The notes: a model not told the origin generated them from the letters alone. A stretch of 32,593 nt of DNA from an uncultured bacterium (GCA_964506785.1 CAZDME010000009.1:1-32593); one strand, 5' to 3'; positions 17,225 to 25,765 are shown, counted from the first letter of the stretch. Numbers and translations are program-made.

Positions 17225-17620
17225 TTAAGGATAAACATGGTCATCCCAAGTGTAAGCACTGCTATTTGTTCCCACGGAACAAACCGGGTGGGTATCCGCA
17301 TCCCAATCCGCATAGGCGCCTCCCGTAGGACAATCAAGGACCTCCTCCGTATAACCCTGGTTATAGAGTGTCGTGGCATTAATGTCAGTAACCCCAGAGC
17401 CCTGCTCCAGCCGATAGGCCTGTCCGGCTTCATAAAGTAATTTCATATTATTTATACAGGTGGTTGCCTGGGCTCGCCGGCGGGCATTGATAAAGTTGGG
17501 AATGGCTAAAGCAAGAATAATACCGAATATGCCCACTACGACCATCAACTCTACCAATGTGAAGCCCCCTTTGCCATATATCCGGGGAAATCCCAGGGCT
17601 AACCTTTTTAAAGTCCTCAT
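17225..17620 (-). CDS. Type IVa pilin 1
   Basis: GKGG|FTLVELM, E5, G14, P22. Confidence 0.9.
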   Translation of the reverse strand: MRTLKRLALGFPRIYGKGGFTLVELMVVVGIFGIILALAIPNFINARRRAQATTCINNMKLLYEAGQAYRLEQGSGVTDINATTLYNQGYTEEVLDCPTGGAYADWDADTHPVCSVGTNSSAYTWDDHVYP

Positions 17621-17635
17621 CTCTTACCCCTATAA

Positions 17636-17664
17636 ATTATAGCATATAGGAAGATGGAAAACAA
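17636..17664 (-). promoter_or_regulatory. Sigma70-type promoter of the pilin array
   Basis: TTGTTT, 17 nt, perfect TATAAT (17641-17636) with TGn extended -10, in the pilC-pilin gap. Confidence 0.7.
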
Positions 17665-17671
17665 ATCTATT

Positions 17672-18919
17672 TTATCCCACCAGCTGAACCATTCTAAATA
17701 TAGGCAGGAACATGGCTATGGCCATAGAGCCAACAACAATGCCTAAAAAAGCAATTAAAACCGGCTCAATCAAAGAAGTCAGGCCGGAAATGGCCGCTTC
17801 AACCTGGGTATTGTAAAAATCAGAGATTTTAGCCAGCATCGTCTCCAATGCCCCGGTTTCTTCCCCCACGGCAATCATCTCTACCACCATCGGCGGGAAA
17901 ACCTTGCTTTCCTTCAAAGGGATAGCAATATTTTCCCCCTCCCTGATGCCCAATCGAGCCCGCTCGATATCCCTCTCAATAACTTTATTTCCTGAGGTCC
18001 GGCCGACAATCTCTAAGGCCAAAAGTATCGGCACCCCCCCCTTAAGCAAGGTGCTTAAAGTTTTGGAAAATCTGGACATGGCTAACTTTTGCAGCAAAGG
18101 CCCAAAAATGGGTAGACGTAGTTTGAACTGATCGAATTTTAAACGCCCCTGCTCAGTGTGAATGGCCCGGCTGCCAATAATGAAAATCAGCACCAGGGCG
18201 ATAAAAGCATATAGAAAATGTTTCTGCATAAACTCACTTGTGAAAATGAGTACCTGGGTCGGCTTCGGCAAAGTGGCTTCCAACCCGGTAAAAATGGTTT
18301 TAAAAACCGGCACTACTTTAAGAAGAAAAACCAGGGTCACCACCACCGCCATGCCGCTAACAACGGCCGGATAAACTAAAGCCATTCGCACCTTTCTTCT
18401 CATCGCACTCATAGATTCCAGATAATTAGCCACTTCATTCAGAATAATGTCTAACATACCGCTGACCTCCCCGGCGCGAACCATACTGACAAAAAAAGGA
18501 GAAAAAGTCCGGGGATGATTAGCCAGGGCTTCAGATAAACTTAAACCCTTCTCCACATCCTCTTTCACCCGGTGAATTACCCCGGCCAAAACCTTATCTT
18601 CAATCTGTTTCTCCAGAATAAACAAACCCTGCACCAGAGGTAACCCGGCATTAACCATAGTGGCTAACTGCCGGGTGAAAATTACCAGGCTGTCTAATTT
18701 TACCTTCTTTTTACCCAGAGACGAGCCGAAAGAAGCAGGCCCTTTTTTACTCTTCGAGGAAAAAGGCAAGGTGAAACCTTTGCCTGCCTGCTGGCAGGAA
18801 ATCAAAATATAACCCTTGCTGTGTAGAATTTTATTTAAGGTTTCTTCGTTCTCGGCTTCCTGCTGATTTTCAAAACGATGTCCGTTTTGGTCAATAGCCG
18901 TATAGCGAAATAAAGACAT
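17672..18919 (-). CDS. pilC: Type IV pilus inner-membrane platform protein (GspF/PilC)
   Basis: FTRQLATMVNAGLPL, MVRAGEVSGML, ALVYP, LPKPTQ, MIAVGEETGAL, LIEP, AMFLPIF. Confidence 0.96.
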   Translation of the reverse strand: MSLFRYTAIDQNGHRFENQQEAENEETLNKILHSKGYILISCQQAGKGFTLPFSSKSKKGPASFGSSLGKKKVKLDSLVIFTRQLATMVNAGLPLVQGLFILEKQIEDKVLAGVIHRVKEDVEKGLSLSEALANHPRTFSPFFVSMVRAGEVSGMLDIILNEVANYLESMSAMRRKVRMALVYPAVVSGMAVVVTLVFLLKVVPVFKTIFTGLEATLPKPTQVLIFTSEFMQKHFLYAFIALVLIFIIGSRAIHTEQGRLKFDQFKLRLPIFGPLLQKLAMSRFSKTLSTLLKGGVPILLALEIVGRTSGNKVIERDIERARLGIREGENIAIPLKESKVFPPMVVEMIAVGEETGALETMLAKISDFYNTQVEAAISGLTSLIEPVLIAFLGIVVGSMAIAMFLPIFRMVQLVG

Positions 18920-18941
18920 TTTTTACCTTTCTTCCCTTTTG

Positions 18942-18993
18942 CTTATTTCGTTTTTACGAAATAAGGTGATAACGAAATAACGAGATAACGGGT
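18942..18993. repeat. Perfect hairpin plus 8-nt-period micro-array between pilB and pilC
   Basis: CTTATTTCGT-TTTT-ACGAAATAAG (10-bp stem, 18942-18965); units ACGAAATA AGGTGATA ACGAAATA ACGAGATA ACGGGT from 18956. Confidence 0.8.
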
Positions 18994-20691
18994 TTAAGCC
19001 GTTACCCTTAGAATCTCTTCTAAGCTGGTGGTGCCGTCTTTTACCCTTCGCAAACCACACTGCCTGAGAGGAACCATTCCTTCTTGAATCGTCTTATTTT
19101 TTACGTCCACCTCGGGAGCGCGTTGAACAATCATATTTTTTATTCCCTCGGAAAGAGAGAAGGCTTCCACCACGGCAAACCTGCCCCGATAGCCGGTGTT
19201 GCTGCAACGCGGGCAGCCCCGGGGACGGTAAAGGACTAAATCCTTGCCGCCTTCTTTTTTAAATCCGTACTTATCCATAATTTCCGCTGAGGCCTTATAG
19301 GATTCCCGGCAATCAGGACAAAGTTTACGAGCCAGCCGCTGGGCCATAACACAAACCAAAGAAGAAGCAATGAGAAAAGGCTCCACCCCCATATCGATTA
19401 AACGGGTTATCGCCCCAACAGCATCGTTGGTATGCAAGGTGCTGAAAACCAAATGCCCGGTCAAACCGGCTTTAATGGCCACATCGGCCGCTTCACCGTC
19501 ACGGATCTCCCCGACAAGAATAACATTCGGCGCCTGGCGGAGAATAGAGCGCAGTCCGCTGGCAAAGGTAAGGCCGATATCCTGATTAATCTGAATCTGG
19601 TTAACTCCGTCTAATAGATATTCAACCGGGTCCTCGACAGTAATAATGTTTTTATCCGGGGTGTTTATTTTGGATAAGGCCGAATAAAGAGTGGTTGTCT
19701 TTCCGCTGCCAGTCGGGCCGGTAACTAAAATTATCCCGTAAGGATGAGTTATTGCCTCAGAAAAAGTTCCGTAAGGTTCTTTACTAAAGCCGAGTTTGGC
19801 CAAATCTAAAGTCAAACTTGCCTTATCGAGAATTCTTAAGGTTACCCGTTCGCCAAAAGCGGTCGGGATGATGGCTACCCGGAAATCAACTTCCCGGCCA
19901 GCGACTTTTATTTTAAACTGCCCGTCTTGAGGCAAACGACGCTCGGCAATATCCAGACGAGATAAAATTTTTATCCGGGAAACAATCGCCGGCCGAAGCT
20001 GCTTGGGAGGAGAAATCGTTTCGTGTAATACCCCGTCAATACAATAGCGAACCCTTACCTTGTCCTCAAAAGGCTCAATGTGAATATCGCTGGCTTTCTT
20101 TTTGACCCCTTCACCCAGAATCAAGTTGACAATTTTAATAACCGGGGCTTCCTCGACTTCTTTCATTAACTGGTCAAGATCGAGTTTTTCTTCAGCCGTC
20201 GGGGCGGCAACCACATTCAAATCAGCCCCTTTTATCGCATCCTCCATCGTCCCCCAAGGGGTATAATATTTGCTTATGGCGTCAAGAATCTCCTCGCTGG
20301 TAGTAATTATCGGGTCAATGTTATACCCGGTCATTACCTTGATATCGTCCATAGCAAAGATGTTCAAAGGATCGGCCATAGCTACAGTTAAGGTTTTCCC
20401 CACTTTTGATACCGGAATTAACTGGTAGTGCCGGGAAACATGTTCGGGAACAATTTTTAAAACTTCGGGATTGATTTTATACCGGCTTAAATTTATCGGC
20501 GGGATATTAAGATGCTGGCTTAAACAGGCAAGCAAATCCTTCTCGCTAATAAAACCCAGTTTAATCAGAATCTGGCCTAACCTTCCCCCCTCTTTATCCT
20601 GAATCTCAAGGGCCTTTTTCAACTGTTCCTTGGTAATTACCTTCCCTTCAATCAATATTTCGTTTAGCCTTTTACGCAGCGACCTAACCAT
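18994..20691 (-). CDS. pilB: Type IV pilus extension ATPase with MshEN-like N-terminus
   Basis: ASDIHIEP, RRLPQDG, Walker A GPTGSGKTT, TVEDPVEY, VILVGEIRD, His boxes TGHLV/STLHTN, Zn motif CPDC...CPRC. Confidence 0.96.
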   Translation of the reverse strand: MVRSLRKRLNEILIEGKVITKEQLKKALEIQDKEGGRLGQILIKLGFISEKDLLACLSQHLNIPPINLSRYKINPEVLKIVPEHVSRHYQLIPVSKVGKTLTVAMADPLNIFAMDDIKVMTGYNIDPIITTSEEILDAISKYYTPWGTMEDAIKGADLNVVAAPTAEEKLDLDQLMKEVEEAPVIKIVNLILGEGVKKKASDIHIEPFEDKVRVRYCIDGVLHETISPPKQLRPAIVSRIKILSRLDIAERRLPQDGQFKIKVAGREVDFRVAIIPTAFGERVTLRILDKASLTLDLAKLGFSKEPYGTFSEAITHPYGIILVTGPTGSGKTTTLYSALSKINTPDKNIITVEDPVEYLLDGVNQIQINQDIGLTFASGLRSILRQAPNVILVGEIRDGEAADVAIKAGLTGHLVFSTLHTNDAVGAITRLIDMGVEPFLIASSLVCVMAQRLARKLCPDCRESYKASAEIMDKYGFKKEGGKDLVLYRPRGCPRCSNTGYRGRFAVVEAFSLSEGIKNMIVQRAPEVDVKNKTIQEGMVPLRQCGLRRVKDGTTSLEEILRVTA

Positions 20692-21160
20692 CTTTTTTTT
20701 CCTCTCCGTTTGATTTTCTGTAATTATCGTCGAGCGCCTTTGAAATCTCTCTGGAAGTGGTAATGAAAATTTCTATATTAGCGCCGGTAAGCTTTTCCAT
20801 TTCCTCAACGACATTGATATCTAAAGGGTTAACCATGGCTAAGGTAAGAATGTTCCCTATCTTGTCAACCGGTATAAGCAAATTTTTACGGGCGGTATCC
20901 TCCGGGATAAGTTTGAGAACTTCCCGGTTAATGGAATAATTCTCTAAGGGTAAATAGGGAAAACCGTATTGAACCATGATGCAGTTGACGATATCTTCTT
21001 CAGCCGCATAGCCAAGTTTTACCAAACATTCGCCTAAAAAACCCCCGGCTTCTTTCTGCATATCCAAAGCCTTTTCCAACTGCTCCTCAGTAATAACCTT
21101 CTCCTCCAGAAGCAGGCGGCCTAATTCTTTCTTTACCAGTTTTTTTAAATGTTCAATCAT
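20684..21160 (-). CDS. Stand-alone PilB/GspE N-terminal domain protein (MshEN-like plus N1D), no ATPase
   Basis: Collinear with the adjacent PilB N-terminus (LIPVDKIGNILTLAMVNPLD vs LIPVSKVGKTLTVAMADPLN); 8-nt overlap with pilB start. Confidence 0.88.
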   Translation of the reverse strand: MIEHLKKLVKKELGRLLLEEKVITEEQLEKALDMQKEAGGFLGECLVKLGYAAEEDIVNCIMVQYGFPYLPLENYSINREVLKLIPEDTARKNLLIPVDKIGNILTLAMVNPLDINVVEEMEKLTGANIEIFITTSREISKALDDNYRKSNGEEKKDG

Positions 21161-21203
21161 TTCCTTAACTCTTAGAATTCGAAAAATCAGATAAGATAGT
21201 TTC

Positions 21204-21231
21204 TTCCGTCCTCTACCTTCTGTCTTCTATT
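21204..21231. repeat. 7-nt-period micro-array at pilT 3' end
   Basis: TTCCGTC CTCTACC TTCTGTC TTCTATT; the last unit contains the pilT stop codon. Confidence 0.65.
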
Positions 21232-22300
21232 TTTTTTCCGGTTTTACCGAACTCAAAAGCCTTTCCAAATCTTCAGGCTCCGTGGTCCGCCAAACATTTT
21301 CGTAGCTGATAAGATTCCGGCTGTAAAGGTTTACCAGGGACGTATTCATGGTGTGCATCCCTTCCCGCACCCCGGTCTGAATGGCCGAATAAATCTGATG
21401 GGTTTTACCCTCGCGGATTAAACTGCGTATGGCCTGGGTAGCGACCATAACCTCACAAGCCAAAACCCTTCCTTTACCGCCGACTTTGGGAATTAACTGC
21501 TGAGAAAAAACCGCTTGAATGACAAAAGATAACTGCACTTTAATTTGAGCCTGGAATTGAGAAGGAAAAATGTCGATAATCCGGTTTATCGTCTGAACGG
21601 CATCGTTGGTATGCAAGGTAGTAAAAACCAAATGGCCTGTTTCGGCAATAGTCATGGCCGCTCTCACCGTCTCTAAATCACGCATTTCACCAATGAGAAT
21701 GACATCCGGATCCTGCCTTAAAACATATTTAAGGGCGTTGGCAAAAGAATAGGTGTCACTGCCAATCTCTCTCTGGCTAACCACACTTTTCCTGTGCTGA
21801 TGCACATATTCGATAGGGTCTTCAACGGTAACTATGTGGCAGCGACGCTCCTGGTTAATAAAATCGGTCATTGAAGCAAGAGAAGTCGATTTCCCGCTGC
21901 CGGTAGCTCCGGTGACTAAAACCAAACCTTTGGGTTTACGGACTATCTCCCGGGTAACCGGAGGCAAGCCCAGTTCTTCGAAATTAAAAATTTTTAGAGG
22001 GATGCGGCGGATCGCCGCCGAGACATAGCCCCGGTGATGGTAAATATTTACCCGAAACCGGCTAAGCCCGGCAATTTCAAAGGAAAAATCCAATTCGTGT
22101 TTTAATTCAAAACGCTTTTTTTGCTCTTCAGAAATAATACTGTAAATAAGTTCCCGGCAGGTCTCAGGCGTTAAAACGTCAAAATCGGTAGGAATCAAAT
22201 TTTCATCTATCCGCAGCTGGGGAGAAACACCGGCGATAAGATGCAGGTCGGATGCTTCTCTCTCGACAATTAAATTCAATAACTCTTTGAATTTGACCAT
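21227..22300 (-). CDS. pilT: Type IV pilus retraction ATPase
   Basis: ASDLHL, RFRVN, GATGSGKST, TVEDPIEY, QREIG, RQDPDVILIGEMRD, AIRSLIRE motif, GMHTMN. Confidence 0.96.
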   Translation of the reverse strand: MVKFKELLNLIVEREASDLHLIAGVSPQLRIDENLIPTDFDVLTPETCRELIYSIISEEQKKRFELKHELDFSFEIAGLSRFRVNIYHHRGYVSAAIRRIPLKIFNFEELGLPPVTREIVRKPKGLVLVTGATGSGKSTSLASMTDFINQERRCHIVTVEDPIEYVHQHRKSVVSQREIGSDTYSFANALKYVLRQDPDVILIGEMRDLETVRAAMTIAETGHLVFTTLHTNDAVQTINRIIDIFPSQFQAQIKVQLSFVIQAVFSQQLIPKVGGKGRVLACEVMVATQAIRSLIREGKTHQIYSAIQTGVREGMHTMNTSLVNLYSRNLISYENVWRTTEPEDLERLLSSVKPEKK

Positions 22301-22341
22301 TTTTTACCTCATTTTATAAGGGCCTACGTCCGTTCTTAATT

Positions 22342-23334
22342 TTAAAATCCTAAAACTTGCCCCGGGCTTTCTTTACGGGCGCGGGAGACGGCTTCCTTCA
22401 CTTTACCGACTAAGTCGGCGCTTTCCACTCCGTCCAACGGGGAGGAGACAACCCCGCCATTTACCACCAGCTCAAGTTGCTCATGAGAAATAAAACCCTG
22501 CACTTTCTTCAGAAGCAATTCCCCCTCAACCAGGGATTCTTTTTTATTCTTCTCAGGAAGAATAACCATAAATTCACCCGGCTGGGTGTGGGCGACTTTT
22601 TCAACACCTTTTAGACTTTGCCTTATTACCCTGCTTACCTCTTTAAGGAGATAATTCGTCTTGGCAACTCCTTGAGTTTCCTCAAACTTTTTTATCGGGA
22701 CAATTTCTAAAACGAATAAACTGCAGGGACGCTGAAAAAGCATCGCCCGTCTAATTTCTTCTTTCCAGCGGTTGCGGAAATACTGGGCGTTATAAAGGCC
22801 GGTTACTTCATCCCTTACCGATAAGGTGCGCGTCTTCTCCAACAATTGGTTCTTTTCCTTTTCAGAGACAATTAAGCGCTTCTCATATTGCTCTAACTCC
22901 TGCATATTCTGCTGCAGGCGGGCAATGACAAAATTCATCGTGTCGCGTAATTCTCCTATTTCATCTTCGCTCATCACCTTTATCTGCTGGGCAAAGTTGC
23001 TATTCTGGACAATCGTTCTGGCCTCAGCAGTCAGCTTTAAAATGCGCTGGATTATGTTTCGGACGAAATATAGGCCGACGAGAGAAAGGGCAACTACCAG
23101 TACAACCACGCAAAGTAACTGAAAAGGTAGTCTTTCCCTGGGGAAAATGCTAAGAAAGCCAGGGAGGTTGCTGGATATACGGACGCGCTGGTACAGTTGG
23201 AAAGCCTGCTGCTGTAAAACCATGAAAAGAAGCAGAATCGGAATAATCGTCCCTAAAGCGAAAGTAGCCCATAATTTATGCCGTAAACCCCGCGGAGCCA
23301 TCGCCCATTTTTTTCTAAATTCTTGATAAGACAT
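22342..23334 (-). CDS. Membrane protein with two TM, HAMP, coiled coil and degenerate GGDEF domain
   Basis: Two hydrophobic segments, HAMP signature EDEIGEL, DEVTGLYN entry motif; GGDEF position reads QPGEF. Confidence 0.85.
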   Translation of the reverse strand: MSYQEFRKKWAMAPRGLRHKLWATFALGTIIPILLLFMVLQQQAFQLYQRVRISSNLPGFLSIFPRERLPFQLLCVVVLVVALSLVGLYFVRNIIQRILKLTAEARTIVQNSNFAQQIKVMSEDEIGELRDTMNFVIARLQQNMQELEQYEKRLIVSEKEKNQLLEKTRTLSVRDEVTGLYNAQYFRNRWKEEIRRAMLFQRPCSLFVLEIVPIKKFEETQGVAKTNYLLKEVSRVIRQSLKGVEKVAHTQPGEFMVILPEKNKKESLVEGELLLKKVQGFISHEQLELVVNGGVVSSPLDGVESADLVGKVKEAVSRARKESPGQVLGF

Positions 23335-23400
23335 TTCCCCCTCCTTTTTTAAAACGCCTCTCTCTATCAGGCAGGCGTAAATCTCCAGTAATACACAGTA

Positions 23401-23823
23401 TTAGAAATGAACCTCCATTGCTCTGGGTGGACAAGCTTTAATGCATAACTCGCAGGCAATACATTTAGAATTATCAAAATTGACTTTTCTGGTCTTGAAA
23501 TCAAAGGTTAAGGCTTGAGTAGGACAAATGGTCACACAGGCGCCGCAATGGGTGCATCTTTCTTCGTTTCGGACAATATCCTGGCTGAGGAGCTGAATCT
23601 TTAGTCCGATTTTCTCCAGAAATTTTACCCCCTCCTGATATTTTTTTTCCTGACCGCTTAATTCTAAAACCAAAAGCCCCTCTTCTTCCGGGGTAACCGA
23701 GGCCCTAAGGATATTAAATTCTAAATCAAAATCCTTGACCAGGCGGCAAATAATGGGTTGATCGACTAATTGTTGAGGAAAACGCAGAACGATTTTTTTG
23801 GTTACCTTAAGTTTTTCAGACAT
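23401..23823 (-). CDS. NIL domain-2x[4Fe-4S] ferredoxin (MA1822-like partner of aspartate-semialdehyde sulfurtransferase)
   Basis: LRFP...QPII..LVKDFDLEFNILRA NIL domain; CTHCGACVTICP and CIACELCIKACP; start re-assigned to ATG 23823, 2 nt after the upstream stop. Confidence 0.9.
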   Translation of the reverse strand: MSEKLKVTKKIVLRFPQQLVDQPIICRLVKDFDLEFNILRASVTPEEEGLLVLELSGQEKKYQEGVKFLEKIGLKIQLLSQDIVRNEERCTHCGACVTICPTQALTFDFKTRKVNFDNSKCIACELCIKACPPRAMEVHF

Positions 23824-23825
23824 GT

Positions 23826-24986
23826 TCAGGCTTTCCTTCCCGGAAGAAATTCCACCGGCTCGGTTAAGAAAAATTCCTTTTTTAAAATCCAATTTTTTAA
23901 AATTTCACAAATCTCCCGCGCCTTAAAATAGCTGGAAAGAGAAGTCGTGGGGACATCCTTCCCTTTTACCCTAATCTTTCCCGACTTTAGCTCCTGGTAA
24001 TTTACCTCACCTAAAATCCGGCCGGTCCCCTGAGGATAATCACGGCTGTAATCGACTACCTGCGTCCAGATATCGGCGTCTTTCACCGCGGCAAATTTAA
24101 TTACCTCTTCGTCTAAAACCGGAAGAGGAATACCAATACCGACGGTGAGAGTAGCCCCATAACCGAGGAAACTGGCACCCACCAGCCATTTATCGCTCAT
24201 TCCCTTTAGATCGCCTTTAACGGATAATGTCCCCGCAGGAATATACGGAACCCCGTTTTTCTTTCTGGCTTCCCGGGGAGAATGCTGGGTGCCCGGGCCA
24301 ACAACATAACCTATTCCTCCGCCAAGAAAAATCCTGGTTCCCAGCCCAACCGTTCGATAATAAGGGTCATTCAGTAAAGGGGAAAGCTGTCCGGCACTGC
24401 AATAACTGGCGCTGCCTAAGTTGGGCTTTAGCATTCCCATATAGGTATAGATAATTTTATCGGAAAGATTGACGGCGCAATTATAGTTCTGATAGGCATT
24501 GCGGGGATTGAAAAGAAAAGCTTCGCTCATTTCCTTTAAAGAAATTTCAGTCTCAAGTGTATCCAGAGGATAACAATCCGTGCGGCAACCAATAGCTTTA
24601 AGTTTTACCTTTTTGCCAGCGACCAAATCTTCAATAACATGCCCGCCTCCATATCTAAATTCTCCCGGATAAATTCTGTTAGCCGGATCAGTCGTGACTA
24701 ATTCAGTTACCCCGATATAGACATCAACGGCAGCCAGGCCGCAATAAACAGGCACATCATTGAGCCAGGCCCTTTGCATTTTCGTTTTAGGCCTGGTATG
24801 CCCCAGACAGAGAAAAGCCCCTGAGGAACACATCGGCCCAAAGGTAGCCGTGGTAACCACGTCTACTTCCCGGGCAACCCGGGCCGTTCCTTTCTTCTCA
24901 ACCAGGTCGATAATCTCCTCGGCGTTAACGACTACCGCTTTACCCTCTTTTATTTTCTCATTAATCTCGGCGATGGTTCTAATCAT
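23826..24986 (-). CDS. DUF39 homocysteine biosynthesis protein (L-aspartate semialdehyde sulfurtransferase, MA1821/MJ0100-like), lacking CBS domains
   Basis: RTIAEINEKI, DVVTTATFGPMCSSGA, YGGGHVIEDL, TDCYP, NPRNAYQNY, SAGQLSPLLNDP; paired with NIL-ferredoxin. Confidence 0.9.
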   Translation of the reverse strand: MIRTIAEINEKIKEGKAVVVNAEEIIDLVEKKGTARVAREVDVVTTATFGPMCSSGAFLCLGHTRPKTKMQRAWLNDVPVYCGLAAVDVYIGVTELVTTDPANRIYPGEFRYGGGHVIEDLVAGKKVKLKAIGCRTDCYPLDTLETEISLKEMSEAFLFNPRNAYQNYNCAVNLSDKIIYTYMGMLKPNLGSASYCSAGQLSPLLNDPYYRTVGLGTRIFLGGGIGYVVGPGTQHSPREARKKNGVPYIPAGTLSVKGDLKGMSDKWLVGASFLGYGATLTVGIGIPLPVLDEEVIKFAAVKDADIWTQVVDYSRDYPQGTGRILGEVNYQELKSGKIRVKGKDVPTTSLSSYFKAREICEILKNWILKKEFFLTEPVEFLPGRKA

Positions 24987-24994
24987 ACTGCAAA

Positions 24995-25765
24995 TTACCT
25001 TCTTTTTAGTTTTTTGACGATTAATTCAGCCACCCTTTTCCCGGAGAGAAACATTCCGCCAAAAATAGGGCCCATCCGGGGAGAGCCAAAAACCGCATTG
25101 GCGGCCATCCCGGAAACAAAAAGACCAGGGAAAATTTCCCTGGCATTCTTGACTACGGCAGATTCGGCCGGGTCAACCCACATCGAACCCTCACCGATAA
25201 TCTTTCCCTTCGGTGTTTTTAATCTTCCCACTTTGCGGGAGACTAAAGAGCTGACTTCGGCCGGATGACCGGTAGCATCGAGAACTATCTCCGATGATAA
25301 AGCTATCGGGTCAATATGATACTCGCCTTGATTTACCAACGTCCAGTTAACAACCACACCAGCCAGGCTTTTTTTCCTAATAACCACGTCTTCAACGGTA
25401 ATACCGTTAAAAATTTTTGCCCCCCGGTCTATGGCCGCCGCGGTCAATTTTGCCGCCGTCTCAATGGCATCAGCAATCAATAACCCTTCTTTAGTCTTAA
25501 ACTTAATTTCGAACTTTTCTAAAATAGGCCCGGCTTTCTTTCCCAAAACAATCCGGGGATACATCATCCCACCGCCCCAGATACCGCCGCCAAGACTAAA
25601 TTTTTTCTCTAATAAAAGAACATTAATCTTCTTCTCGGCCAAAAAACTAGCCGCCACTAATCCCGAAGGCCCTCCGCCGACAATAATTACCTGGCTGACG
25701 AGAGACCCTAAAAAATCGTCAATGCTGGAATTAATGATATGATAACTTATTCTTGTCTCAAGCAT
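24995..25765 (-). CDS. thi4: Sulfide-dependent (non-Cys) adenosine diphosphate thiazole synthase
   Basis: GGGPSG, GGGIWGGGM, VVNW, HIDP, DATGH, PRMGPIFGGMFLSG. Confidence 0.93.
   Translation of the reverse strand: MLETRISYHIINSSIDDFLGSLVSQVIIVGGGPSGLVAASFLAEKKINVLLLEKKFSLGGGIWGGGMMYPRIVLGKKAGPILEKFEIKFKTKEGLLIADAIETAAKLTAAAIDRGAKIFNGITVEDVVIRKKSLAGVVVNWTLVNQGEYHIDPIALSSEIVLDATGHPAEVSSLVSRKVGRLKTPKGKIIGEGSMWVDPAESAVVKNAREIFPGLFVSGMAANAVFGSPRMGPIFGGMFLSGKRVAELIVKKLKRR

Noticed and set aside
17563-17600. AGCCC...GGGCT palindrome in the pilin 1 leader as a second leader insertion
   Set aside because: Stems are only 4-5 bp and no flanking duplication was found
15506-17620. Pilin array as a DGR target, shufflon or silent pilS-type cassette system
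   Set aside because: No reverse transcriptase, recombinase, inverted cassettes or adenine-specific TR/VR pair seen; all copies are full-length and diverged throughout
15506-17620. Geobacter-type short aromatic e-pilins
   Set aside because: Mature pilins are over 100 aa with globular heads, not truncated ~60-aa pilins
20684-21160. Frameshifted or split pilB pseudogene
   Set aside because: The downstream pilB already has its own complete N-terminal domain, and the small ORF is intact and diverged
23350-23380. ACGCCT-N13-AGGCGT hairpin after the NIL-ferredoxin gene as a terminator
   Set aside because: Short stem, large loop and short U-run; cannot distinguish a terminator from a degenerate palindromic repeat
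23824-23892. N-terminal extension of NIL-ferredoxin given by the ORF track (similar over-extensions for pilN and pilins 3 and 5)
   Set aside because: The extensions overlap upstream genes or use a GTG within the SD; downstream ATGs fit family N-termini and RBS spacing better
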